IMG/VR virus record: IMGVR_UViG_3300046804_003780 | Source of the DNA: a virus | Length of the DNA stretch: 64,000 bases | Direction: 5' to 3' (one strand) | Shown here: one piece after another, positions 1-8,611 of the stretch | Numbering within the stretch: the stretch's first letter is position 1 | How the letters are laid out: every line of letters starts with the position of its first letter | The notes under the pieces: generated by a model | What the model saw: the letters and a program-made list of their open reading frames with translations, nothing else | Databases searched by the model: none | Told to the model about the DNA's origin: nothing | Translations under genes and position numbers: made by a program

Positions 1-187
1 ATGCAGGGCTTGCACCACTTGTTGTACGAATAACAGGCTGGCCCTGTGTATTATATTCCATCGCCTTAGCGAGATTTAATAAATTCGTTTCCTGTGGATG
101 AATGTAATTTGTAGAATTTAATCTTTTGTCTAGAACACCGTCATGGTGAGCCGGGGTGTATAGTTGACCTGTATCTTCTCCTGCCAT
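1..187 (-). CDS. Hypothetical protein, runs off the window edge (MAGEDTGQLYTPAHHDG...)
   Basis: ATG at 187 preceded by AAGGA RBS; frame stays open to position 1; not in the ORF track. Confidence 0.7.
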   Translation of the reverse strand, partial: MAGEDTGQLYTPAHHDGVLDKRLNSTNYIHPQETNLLNLAKAMEYNTQGQPVIRTTSGASPA

Positions 188-197
188 TTTTTATCCT

Positions 198-635
198 TTA
201 TGGCCCTGGTGGTGTGTCTACCCATGGTCGGCCTTCAATAAGTCCGTCTGGATTGGGATTATCAACTACTGTATTTCCGCTATAATATGTAGGTAATTCA
301 GAAATGTCATAGTATGGTCTAGTATTACCCAATTCTAATCTTTCTAAATTTGATAAATCTAATTTGGCGACTTGCCTATCTTCAAGTGTCGTAAGCCTAG
401 CTATCTTATTTGCTGTTCTCAAAACAGACCCTTCTGTTATAGAATAAAATGCTAACGTTTTTGTTACATCTAATTCTGTGCTGTTAAACACAAGGCTGAA
501 CCAGTTAACATTGCAACTTGTTGCAGTTTCTATTGTTGTTTTGAACGTACCTACCGTAGTTAAATCCGCAACAGTATATGGATCAAATTGTGCTGCGTTG
601 AGTAAACTTTGTACAGTTATATTGATTGTCGCCAT
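198..635 (-). CDS. Ubiquitin-like (beta-grasp) domain protein with a C-terminal extension
   Basis: Residues ~4-73 align to ubiquitin, gap-free from V17 to L67; core residues I3,V5,L8,V17,T22,K27,I30,L43,F45,L50,T55,L56,Y59,I61,S65,L67 identical; no di-Gly after the fold. Confidence 0.7.
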   Translation of the reverse strand: MATINITVQSLLNAAQFDPYTVADLTTVGTFKTTIETATSCNVNWFSLVFNSTELDVTKTLAFYSITEGSVLRTANKIARLTTLEDRQVAKLDLSNLERLELGNTRPYYDISELPTYYSGNTVVDNPNPDGLIEGRPWVDTPPGP

Positions 636-637
636 TA

Positions 638-925
638 TTATTCCTTAAACTGTAGTCCAGGATATAACGGAAATGTGGCTGTTTTTAAATCTGCTGGATG
701 CTTTGGTCCGTTCACTCCGCCGGCGATATCTTTAATAAGATAATCTACAGACGTAACCACTGTATCAGGACTGTTTGCTAAGTTATTTTGGCAGTTAGGG
801 CAATCACAACCATCTCCGCACCCACAGTCATCAGATTCATTTTCAAAATCTAATTGACCATCTTCTTTACCGTCTAGATTATCAATTAAATCTAACAGGT
901 CTCTAATAAATTCAGTAGCTCTCAT
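638..925 (-). CDS. Small acidic Cys-rich protein with MRAxEFI leader (possible internal head protein)
   Basis: ORF; CGCGDGCDCPNC cluster; TAAATA 5 nt before ATG. Confidence 0.7.
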   Translation of the reverse strand: MRATEFIRDLLDLIDNLDGKEDGQLDFENESDDCGCGDGCDCPNCQNNLANSPDTVVTSVDYLIKDIAGGVNGPKHPADLKTATFPLYPGLQFKE

Positions 926-937
926 GATAATATTTAT

Positions 938-1273
938 CTACCCAATTGTGCCTAAGTCGGGTTCAGTATCCCAAGGGTCTGTTTGTCCAGGAACAAATTT
1001 GGGCTTTTGTAGCTTCTCAGGGTCTAACGGCACTGCGTTCGGATCATCTTTTGATGGATCATATGACTTTGGTTTATTTGGTAGTTTACCAAATGTTTTT
1101 ATATATCTTTTATAATCATCCCATGTGTCTCCAATTTCTTCTGGATCACCTTGAAGTTCTTCTGGCGTTCTGCCGTAGAAGTTTTGTCTTTGTTGATGTT
1201 TTTCCCATGCCTTTTGTATTTGTTGAAATCTAGGATCACTTTCGCTTTCAGTTAATATTTCATGTATTCTCAT
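938..1273 (-). CDS. Hypothetical protein with MRIHEILTE leader (possible internal head protein)
   Basis: ORF coupled to the upstream gene by ATGA overlap. Confidence 0.7.
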   Translation of the reverse strand: MRIHEILTESESDPRFQQIQKAWEKHQQRQNFYGRTPEELQGDPEEIGDTWDDYKRYIKTFGKLPNKPKSYDPSKDDPNAVPLDPEKLQKPKFVPGQTDPWDTEPDLGTIG

Positions 1274-1542
1274 AATGGTTTCTCTCCTGTCATATATGGG
1301 AGACTAAACCATAATTTAAACCACTCAGGTGTTCCGGGCTGTATATTATGTTTCTTCATTAGTTCACCCTTTTCTGTTCCTGTCACACTCATATTAATAC
1401 CAGACAGTGGACTCATGTTAGGCAACCCTGCAAGTTTTTTTAGTTCTTGCAGGGTCATATCTTTAGTTTCAGGAATGTTTACTTGTTGTAACTTAGAATA
1501 ACCATTCATTAACTTTGCTTGTTTCCATACATCAAAAGTCAT
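1270..1542 (-). CDS. Hypothetical phage protein (ELKKLAGL and PGTPEWFKLWF motifs)
   Basis: ORF; TAAATA 5 nt before ATG. Confidence 0.75.
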   Translation of the reverse strand: MTFDVWKQAKLMNGYSKLQQVNIPETKDMTLQELKKLAGLPNMSPLSGINMSVTGTEKGELMKKHNIQPGTPEWFKLWFSLPYMTGEKPL

Positions 1543-1558
1543 GTATGTATTTAGCGTG

Positions 1559-2251
1559 TTACTTAACGTCTAATGGTCTACGTTTGTGTGCTAAAATAGC
1601 GTAGTATTTTTCTCTAGCTTTAATTGGCTCGCCGTCCTCGTCTGTTCCCACTGTTAAGTCAAATTCTATATTATTGAATTTTTCAATATCAAATCCAGTA
1701 CGTACTAATAACGCTGCCAGTTGGCTTGAACCTAATATACTATAGTGATTAGGATTAGTTTCATGTTTTCGATCACAGTCAGGGGCAGGCACTTCAATGT
1801 AAATGCTTGCATTTTGTTTTAGTAGACGATTATATTCCATTAAACTAAAAATAGGATATGGGCTATGCTCTAATGCATGGCGTAAAAATATAAAATCAAC
1901 ACTTTCATCAATATATCCATCTTTTTGTGGTATAAAGCTAAGATCATATCCTTTAATTGTATGTCCTTTGCTTTGACAAAGTTTAATATCTTCGGGGCTT
2001 AGTGTTACCCCAACGACATTTGTGAAACCACGTGTTTTCATTTCATCAAGAAAATATCCAGGACCACAGCCCAAATCTAAAATAACTGCATCCTTTGCTA
2101 GTTCCAATGGATCGACATATGCTTCTACTACCTGAGTGGTTAAAGATTTATGAAATCCGCTTTCACCCTCCGCATAGATATGCGAGGCATATAGCCATTC
2201 ATTATAAAATTTGAGTTTAATTAAGTCGAGGGTATTGTTAATATCAATCAT
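1559..2251 (-). CDS. Class I SAM-dependent methyltransferase
   Basis: Motif I ILDLGCGPG; DFIFLRHALEH post-motif II. Confidence 0.85.
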   Translation of the reverse strand: MIDINNTLDLIKLKFYNEWLYASHIYAEGESGFHKSLTTQVVEAYVDPLELAKDAVILDLGCGPGYFLDEMKTRGFTNVVGVTLSPEDIKLCQSKGHTIKGYDLSFIPQKDGYIDESVDFIFLRHALEHSPYPIFSLMEYNRLLKQNASIYIEVPAPDCDRKHETNPNHYSILGSSQLAALLVRTGFDIEKFNNIEFDLTVGTDEDGEPIKAREKYYAILAHKRRPLDVK

Positions 2252-2301
2252 AAAAATCCTAAAAAGTATAAACTTACTTATTCAAGATTTAGTTTGTTAC
2301 A

Positions 2302-2679
2302 TTATTTTCCGAATCCTTTAAAAGATTGGATAGGACTACTTTTATAAATATCCGGTAATTCTTGACTTCTGAGATCGCCTTTTGTTACATCATGCAACTT
2401 AGAACCTATTGCTTTTGCAGCCTGCTTCATCATATCCTGTTCTAGCTTTGTATATGGTTGAGCAGAATTATCTTTACCAATCCAACTTTCAGAATTAATA
2501 TTTATTGGAATGCCTGTGCCATCTGCACATGCTACTGCCATCATCATTCTATTTAATTCATAAGTTCTATCATAGCCCTCAGGGTCACGAAATACATCAA
2601 TCCCGACACTTGCATAGCCTTGTCTTTTCGTAATTTTACCTCGTTTTTTAGATTCAAAAATAAATTCTTTAGCTCTCAT
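2302..2679 (-). CDS. Hypothetical protein with MRAKEFIFE leader (possible internal head protein)
   Basis: ORF coupled to upstream gene by TAATG overlap. Confidence 0.7.
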   Translation of the reverse strand: MRAKEFIFESKKRGKITKRQGYASVGIDVFRDPEGYDRTYELNRMMMAVACADGTGIPININSESWIGKDNSAQPYTKLEQDMMKQAAKAIGSKLHDVTKGDLRSQELPDIYKSSPIQSFKGFGK

Positions 2680-3452
2680 TATATATCAATCTTAAAAGAA
2701 ATATTATGAGTAATTGTAGAACTTACAAAAGGAGTTACAATAACTCTTACATTACTAGCAGATACATCCATATCATATGTAGTTACTGCATTACCTGTTA
2801 TTAAGGTATTAAAAGCAGTAAAAGATACATTAGACCCATCATTGCTCAAAGAAGCTACTAACGTCACTGTTTGGCTATTATTACTATTTGCTTCTCTGCT
2901 AGTAACGTCAAATTTACCAGCACTAAATTGGCTTGTAGGGACTGCATAAATTGCTATAGGCGACGTTGTATTTGTAATAAATGTATGGGTATCTATAGTT
3001 GTATTGGGACTTGCACCATAATTAATACCACCTACAACAATATCTGCTTTAAGTGAAGGAAATACTGCGACATTAAAATTCATTATATTTGCATCTTCAG
3101 TAATATTAATATTACCTATGTTCAATGCGTTAGGACTGAGATACAAATTTCCAACTTGTCTTACTGGATCTCCAATTGTCATAGCATCATCTACAAGTGG
3201 CATAATATTAGCCCCTATGTAGAAATTACCTTCATCAGGATTAAAATTAAGATTTGTACTTGAGGAAAATGAATTTGTGATTATGTTCCCATTTACAGAA
3301 ACCAATTTAAACTGCACTGCACCGTTGGATCCTGAGGGCGTAAGATTACTAGCCTCTGCAAAATTATTGTTAATTTTAATGTATGCAACACGTAGGGGGT
3401 CGCCTGAACCGTCGTTGGGAAGAGAACCTACATTAATTACTTCATATGCCAT
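2679..3452 (-). CDS. Baseplate/tail-fibre connector-like structural protein (T4 gp9/gp10-type N-terminus)
   Basis: N-terminal INVGSLPNDGSGDPLRVAYIKINNNF motif; beta-rich body. Confidence 0.7.
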   Translation of the reverse strand: MAYEVINVGSLPNDGSGDPLRVAYIKINNNFAEASNLTPSGSNGAVQFKLVSVNGNIITNSFSSSTNLNFNPDEGNFYIGANIMPLVDDAMTIGDPVRQVGNLYLSPNALNIGNINITEDANIMNFNVAVFPSLKADIVVGGINYGASPNTTIDTHTFITNTTSPIAIYAVPTSQFSAGKFDVTSREANSNNSQTVTLVASLSNDGSNVSFTAFNTLITGNAVTTYDMDVSASNVRVIVTPFVSSTITHNISFKIDI

Positions 3453-3473
3453 TTGTTAGTCCTGTTTATATAG

Positions 3474-3494
3474 TATTTATCGCTAAGATAAATA
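3474..3494. promoter_or_regulatory. Back-to-back late promoters (TATTTATC-gctaa-GATAAATA inverted repeat)
   Basis: GATAAATA on both strands between divergent genes 3452(-) and 3502(+). Confidence 0.7.
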
Positions 3495-3501
3495 TTAAAC
3501 T

Positions 3502-3939
3502 ATGAAAAAATTACTAACTATTTTACTTTTAGCTTATTCTGTTAATTTATCAGCAGCTAAAGCTCCTCAAGGTGTCACATATGATGCTCAAATACTACGT
3601 ATCAGTGACGGAGATACTATCGTTATTTCTGCCCCTTTCCTTCCTGCACCCTTAAAACCAGAGTTAGCGGTCAGAATTTATGGAGTTGATACTCCTGAAA
3701 AAGGTTTCCGTGCGAAATGCCCGCAGGAGGATGAGCGAGGAAAGCTTGCTACGAAATTTACAACAAATGCAGTTGCCAAATCATCTAAACGTCAGGTGGT
3801 TCTATATGACTGGGACAAGTTCGGTGGTCGTGTACTGGGAGATATCGTTTTAGATGGACAAAGCCTACGTGCTATGTTGATTCAGAACGGATTTGCACGT
3901 GAATATTACGGAGAAGCAAAACAATCTTGGTGTGATTAA
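3502..3939 (+). CDS. Thermonuclease (SNase-like) with signal peptide
   Basis: ISDGDT, VRIYGVDTPE, DKFGGRVLG and LIQNGFAREY motifs; hydrophobic N-terminus. Confidence 0.9.
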   Translation: MKKLLTILLLAYSVNLSAAKAPQGVTYDAQILRISDGDTIVISAPFLPAPLKPELAVRIYGVDTPEKGFRAKCPQEDERGKLATKFTTNAVAKSSKRQVVLYDWDKFGGRVLGDIVLDGQSLRAMLIQNGFAREYYGEAKQSWCD

Positions 3940-4206
3940 CTACTTACCATTCTTTTCGTAAATGTGCTTTTGAATTTGATACCAGTCTTTCCAACTATCA
4001 ACTAAAACTGCACATTCATAATAGGATGTGTAGTTGTCACTTATTGTTGTAGCAATTTCACTTAATTTTGCATCATCCTTAACCTGTTTAAGAGGTGCGC
4101 ATTTGCCCATCAACATTTCGGGAGCGTCTGGAAATTTAGCTTTTACGGGCACTACAGTAGAACAACCTGTCAATAACAAAATAGCTATAATACTTAATTT
4201 CTTCAT
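3940..4206 (-). CDS. Outer-membrane spanin (Rz1-like lipoprotein)
   Basis: Lipobox LLLTGC; Pro-rich segment, further Cys residues; follows the i-spanin. Confidence 0.75.
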   Translation of the reverse strand: MKKLSIIAILLLTGCSTVVPVKAKFPDAPEMLMGKCAPLKQVKDDAKLSEIATTISDNYTSYYECAVLVDSWKDWYQIQKHIYEKNGK

Positions 4207-4652
4207 TTTTTAGGTTCCTCTGCAGCACTATTGATTGCTTTTATGAATTCTTTTGGAATTTCACATTGTCCCCCCGGAGCAAATTTAGTATCGTATTTTA
4301 CGATTTCACGGTCAATGTATTTTACTACATCACGACCACGTGTCTTAATATATTCACGTTTGGTGACAGTTTTTTCTACAATCTTAACATTTTCTTTTTG
4401 AGATTTGGCTTCAGCTTCGGCAAGCTGCTTTTCAACTTCTGCTACCTTTAATTTCCAACTTTGTTCGTTAAGAATAGCACCTTCCATAAATATCCCAAAT
4501 GTCAATAAGACAATTGAAATTATCTGTATGACAAGCTTGTATCTGCTAATTAAAGGAATGAAGGCGAATAGAAATCCAGCTATAATTCCTACTATTCCTG
4601 CCAATGAAATTGCATGAAAAACCCAATCGGGTGTAAATGATAGTATCCACAT
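4203..4652 (-). CDS. Inner-membrane spanin (Rz-like); probable start MWILSF at 4652
   Basis: Two N-terminal TM segments, coiled coil, C-terminal Cys; TATAAATA 5 nt before this ATG. Confidence 0.7.
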   Translation of the reverse strand: MWILSFTPDWVFHAISLAGIVGIIAGFLFAFIPLISRYKLVIQIISIVLLTFGIFMEGAILNEQSWKLKVAEVEKQLAEAEAKSQKENVKIVEKTVTKREYIKTRGRDVVKYIDREIVKYDTKFAPGGQCEIPKEFIKAINSAAEEPKK

Positions 4653-4666
4653 GCATTTATTTATAC

Positions 4667-4903
4667 CTATAAACCCGAAAGATATAAGACGCACATAATT
4701 ATGTTCAGGATCCACATGCTTGGTTGTTTCCAAAGAAAACCCAACCAACCCCATAGAACAGCAGTTATTAAACCAAAATATTTGTTAATTGGCACAAAAT
4801 CATGGCTTGTCAAATAAACAGTTATCAAAGCCAAAAACGTAGCAGACCATTTTACATAAAAATCTAATGGTTTATTAAAAAGTATTGGTTTACCATTATA
4901 CAT
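4667..4903 (-). CDS. Small three-TM membrane protein
   Basis: Hydrophobic helices; overlaps the epimerase stop. Confidence 0.7.
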   Translation of the reverse strand: MYNGKPILFNKPLDFYVKWSATFLALITVYLTSHDFVPINKYFGLITAVLWGWLGFLWKQPSMWILNIIMCVLYLSGL

Positions 4904-5858
4904 TAAAAATAGTGGAATTGTTTAACCAATTGTAATATTTTAAAAAACCATCCTCTACATTTACTTTTGGTTCGTATCCAAAGTCTCTGACTGCTTTTTC
5001 AATACTTAATCTACCACGTTTTGGAAAGCTTAAATCTCTAGGCCCTACAATTAATTCACCCTTGCCTGCAATTTTTATTGCTAACTCTGCTGCTTGTTTT
5101 AATGTCCACAACTGATCTGCACTACGGGTGATATTATAAATTTCATTTATTGTATTAGGACTTAAACTCGCTTGTACGATACCTTCTGCTGCATCGTCTA
5201 CATATGTAAAATCTAGAATCTCGTCAGGTCCGTTTACTTTTAGTGTTTGTCCACGTATAGCTCCTAAAACAAATTTGCTAACCACCCTATCTTCCACATC
5301 AAGTTCACCGTATACAGCACTAGGGCGAATAATGACATGTTCAATACTAGTCCTGCGAGTATAATCTTGTACAAGTTTTTCTCCCATAAGTTTAAAGATA
5401 CCATACTGACCTATAGGATTGCATGTACTATCTTCTGTTACATCATGTTCAAAGTCTCCATAAACCATACTCGAACTGATATACACAAATCGTTTTACAT
5501 TATTCTTTATTGAGGCTTCTAATAGATTAGTAAGTCCTTCACACATTACTTTTGCACCCATTGCAGGGTCAGCTTCAACTGCTTTTTGTCGAGGATAACT
5601 AGCACAGTGAATAACTAAATCAGGTTTAATATTTTTAAAAATTATTTGTAAATTATGAAAATCAACTATGTCGATAATATAATTTTTGTAGTTGTTAATT
5701 TTTTTTCTGCGTTGATTGATTAAGGAATCAATTTGCTGCTGAGGTATAAAACCATAATTAGTATGATTATCAACAATAACAATTTCGTGATCATGTTCTA
5801 GTTTACTTACAATGTTATGTCCTATTAGACCCATCCCACCTGTGACTAATATTTTCAT
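4896..5858 (-). CDS. NAD-dependent NDP-sugar epimerase/dehydratase (extended SDR)
   Basis: VTGGMGLIG, ISSSMVYG, YGIFK (YxxxK), DFTYVDD. Confidence 0.92.
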   Translation of the reverse strand: MKILVTGGMGLIGHNIVSKLEHDHEIVIVDNHTNYGFIPQQQIDSLINQRRKKINNYKNYIIDIVDFHNLQIIFKNIKPDLVIHCASYPRQKAVEADPAMGAKVMCEGLTNLLEASIKNNVKRFVYISSSMVYGDFEHDVTEDSTCNPIGQYGIFKLMGEKLVQDYTRRTSIEHVIIRPSAVYGELDVEDRVVSKFVLGAIRGQTLKVNGPDEILDFTYVDDAAEGIVQASLSPNTINEIYNITRSADQLWTLKQAAELAIKIAGKGELIVGPRDLSFPKRGRLSIEKAVRDFGYEPKVNVEDGFLKYYNWLNNSTIFNV

Positions 5859-6118
5859 TCGTATTTTAGATTATAATAGATAAGTTGTTGTTCGGTCATT
5901 TTGGTTGTAATAGTATATTGCCAACCATATTCATAAAAATTTCTATTCCATGTAGGTTCTATGGTATTATTCATTACCCATTGACCCTTTTCAGTTCGTT
6001 CAAATTCTACTAAACTTTGTGCAGCCCATAAATCAGGATCTTCAACATCACTCATATTAAATTTATGAACAACTACAGTTTTCATACTGCCATTGGGGCT
6101 TTCAATGGTCCGTGACAT
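5855..6118 (-). CDS. Hypothetical phage protein
   Basis: ORF; DVEDPDLWAA motif; a downstream ATG (MKTVV) may be the real start. Confidence 0.7.
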   Translation of the reverse strand: MSRTIESPNGSMKTVVVHKFNMSDVEDPDLWAAQSLVEFERTEKGQWVMNNTIEPTWNRNFYEYGWQYTITTKMTEQQLIYYNLKYE

Positions 6119-6939
6119 TGATAATCTTCAAGATGAATATCTTCCATGGTAAATTTATCAATATCTTTAATATCAAAATTTAAGAACAATCTAGGTAGTG
6201 GAAATTCTTCTCTACTTAATTGTTCTTTGACTTGTTCTACATGGTCTTTGTAAATGTGTGTGTCTCCCATGCTGATAACAAGTTCACCTACTTTATTCCC
6301 AGTAACCTGTGCAATCATATGTGTTAGCAATGCATAACTTGCTATATTAAAAGGTAATCCTAAAAATACATCAACACTACGTTGATACATGTGGCATGAC
6401 AATTCTTTATTTTTGTTTACATAAAATTGACACATAATATGGCAAGGTGGCAATGCCATATCTTCTAATTCAGCAGGATTCCATGCAGTTAAAATATGAC
6501 GCCTGCTGTGTGGATCGTTTTTAATTTGTGTGATCAATGTTTGTAATTGATCAATAGAAACTCTAACAGGAGGTTTGTCTGTTTTTACCCAATCACGCCA
6601 TTGTACTCCGTATATCCTACCTAAGTCACCTTCAAACTTTGCTTTGTGTTTCCAATAAGGAGCTAATGCATTTGGTGTCCATATAGTAGTAACACCTTCA
6701 CGTGTGCCATGTGTTAATTCTGCAAGCCTACGTTCATCACTTGATCCTTCTATGAACCAAAGAAGTTCTGCTACGCAACTTTTCCAAGCCAGCTTTTTAG
6801 TTGTGATGGCTGGAAAGCCCCTACGCAAATCAAAGCGAATATTACGTCCAAACACACTATAAGTGCCAACGCCAGTTCTATCATCTATAATTTCTCCGTT
6901 GCTAAGAATATCTTCTAAAAGATCATGATATTGTTTCAT
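6082..6939 (-). CDS. thyA: Thymidylate synthase
   Basis: DRTGVGT, ELLWF, YGVQWR, SRRHI, MALPPCH, YQRSVDVFLGLPFNIASY, GDTHIY. Confidence 0.98.
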   Translation of the reverse strand: MKQYHDLLEDILSNGEIIDDRTGVGTYSVFGRNIRFDLRRGFPAITTKKLAWKSCVAELLWFIEGSSDERRLAELTHGTREGVTTIWTPNALAPYWKHKAKFEGDLGRIYGVQWRDWVKTDKPPVRVSIDQLQTLITQIKNDPHSRRHILTAWNPAELEDMALPPCHIMCQFYVNKNKELSCHMYQRSVDVFLGLPFNIASYALLTHMIAQVTGNKVGELVISMGDTHIYKDHVEQVKEQLSREEFPLPRLFLNFDIKDIDKFTMEDIHLEDYQCHGPLKAPMAV

Positions 6940-7232
6940 AGTTTGCTTAAAAGTTTATCAGTAAATGGTTGTACCGTGTCTGCAATATTTTCTACGTTAA
7001 GTATAAATTCAAGGTTGTTAATTTCTTCATCCAGCTCGTACAATTTTTTATTTACAATTTCTTCAATTTGATCGGAATCCAATCCTTGCTTCATCAAAGT
7101 TGATATGTTAATTGTATGCTGACGTTTACCTTTTAATTTTATAACTATTTTTTTTAAAAATTCTATTGGAATTTTACTTTTCTCAACATCTTCGAGTATA
7201 TGTTCCCATTTATCAAAAAAGTTAGGCGACAT
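6936..7232 (-). CDS. Hypothetical phage protein
   Basis: ORF in a coupled operon. Confidence 0.75.
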   Translation of the reverse strand: MSPNFFDKWEHILEDVEKSKIPIEFLKKIVIKLKGKRQHTINISTLMKQGLDSDQIEEIVNKKLYELDEEINNLEFILNVENIADTVQPFTDKLLSKL

Positions 7233-7863
7233 TCTTCTCTTTTTTATTTTTAACAGGTTTAGATTTTACTGCAGGAGTAAGTGATGCTGCTTCATCTTTA
7301 AGCCTTTTGGCTTCTGCTAATAAGCCTTTAGCTTCACGTTCCATTTTTTCAGCTTGTTCTAATCGTTGTTGAGCGAGGGTAGAATCATCCAATGCCCCTT
7401 GTGTTGCAGCGTTTGTTGTGTTATTTTTGCGCATTCTTCTGGCAACGTCTGCTGGATCTTGTAGTCCAGAACTAGCATCTAGTTCTGCAAGGCGTTTTAC
7501 TGCTGCCTCTCCCATAGCCATTTCATCAAGAATTTTGTTTAATTCTTCAAGTTTGATTTTTGTATTTGGCTGAGGTGTCATTACAACTTGGGAAGTTTGC
7601 ATTTTTTTAAGCAAGCCTTCACTATGTAATACTTGAAGAATTACCTTACCATCGACAGTGTAACTTCTGTTAAGCGCATCTGCTAAATTTTCACTATTTT
7701 GTCCAATATCACTTTCTACGCAACGCATCAATGAATCATGTAAATGTGCATTTAATATTTCAGTGTAAACTAACAAACACATATGAGGTTCACCTGGAAC
7801 CTCTCTAAAAATTACTGCGACTTTTCTATCCCCAACTTTCCCAACGTGTCTCATGAAACTCAT
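7222..7863 (-). CDS. Hypothetical phage protein with C-terminal coiled coil
   Basis: ORF; AGGAG RBS; TAAATA at 7895-7900. Confidence 0.8.
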   Translation of the reverse strand: MSFMRHVGKVGDRKVAVIFREVPGEPHMCLLVYTEILNAHLHDSLMRCVESDIGQNSENLADALNRSYTVDGKVILQVLHSEGLLKKMQTSQVVMTPQPNTKIKLEELNKILDEMAMGEAAVKRLAELDASSGLQDPADVARRMRKNNTTNAATQGALDDSTLAQQRLEQAEKMEREAKGLLAEAKRLKDEAASLTPAVKSKPVKNKKEKNVA

Positions 7864-7926
7864 AATTTTTCTCCTGTAGGCTTATAAGCACAATTATTTA
7901 ATTGTAAATGTCTACTCAGAGATTTT

Positions 7927-8172
7927 TTAATTGGGTGCGCTTGCCCAAATTAATTCATAAAGCATGGCATCTTTTTCATCTTCAAAAAAAACTGCCATGT
8001 CACTAGATGTAGATAATTTATCATCTGCAGGAGCAAAAGCAAAACGTCCAGTTATTTTATTTTGAATCCATGTTCTAGCTGCCCAACTACAAGTAGTTGG
8101 ACACTTGATGAAATGGCGCGGAATGAATTTTAATTCTCGCTCCGCGTACCAAATTAAGGGATTTATATTCAT
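7927..8172 (-). CDS. Hypothetical phage protein (FEDEKDAMLYELIW C-terminal motif)
   Basis: ORF coupled by ATGA overlap. Confidence 0.7.
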   Translation of the reverse strand: MNINPLIWYAERELKFIPRHFIKCPTTCSWAARTWIQNKITGRFAFAPADDKLSTSSDMAVFFEDEKDAMLYELIWASAPN

Positions 8173-8507
8173 ACTATAACACGTTTATCTTCTGTAGCAC
8201 GGTCACTGTAAATTACATGTCCGTTTTTTCGCACAAAATCTACCATGGCCTGAGGAGTAGTTTTAAAACCTTCACGTATCATATCTTCACTTAAGTCAGC
8301 CTCACAATCAAAAAGATATATTTCATAATTTCTTTGTGAATTGTTTCTTGCTCTTAACAATAAATGATTTAATGGAATACTTTCTGGTAAAGGCAATTCC
8401 ATTAACGTATTATAAGTACATTCACGCATGTACTTTGTTACATCAAATAGGCTTTCTAAACCATAACAATCCCATACAGCCAAATATTGATTAGTCTTGT
8501 TCATCAT
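8169..8507 (-). CDS. Hypothetical phage protein
   Basis: ORF; WDCYGLE and RNYEIY motifs. Confidence 0.75.
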   Translation of the reverse strand: MMNKTNQYLAVWDCYGLESLFDVTKYMRECTYNTLMELPLPESIPLNHLLLRARNNSQRNYEIYLFDCEADLSEDMIREGFKTTPQAMVDFVRKNGHVIYSDRATEDKRVIV

Positions 8508-8598
8508 CGTTGCCTACTTTACTAATAAAGTAGGAAATTCCATAAATAAAAATACCAATCATACTAAGTGTTACGATTATAGATATAATTTGTTCCAT
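8491..8598 (-). CDS. 35-aa single-TM protein (MEQIISIIVTLSMIGIFIYGISYFISKVGNDDEQD)
   Basis: Read by hand; AGGAG RBS; fills the gap between neighbouring genes. Confidence 0.65.
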   Translation of the reverse strand: MEQIISIIVTLSMIGIFIYGISYFISKVGNDDEQD

Positions 8599-8611
8599 AT
8601 AAGTCTCCTAA

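Noticed and set aside
198-635. Complete ubiquitin conjugation system
   Set aside because: No C-terminal di-Gly and no E1, E2 or JAB gene in this window; only the fold is supported
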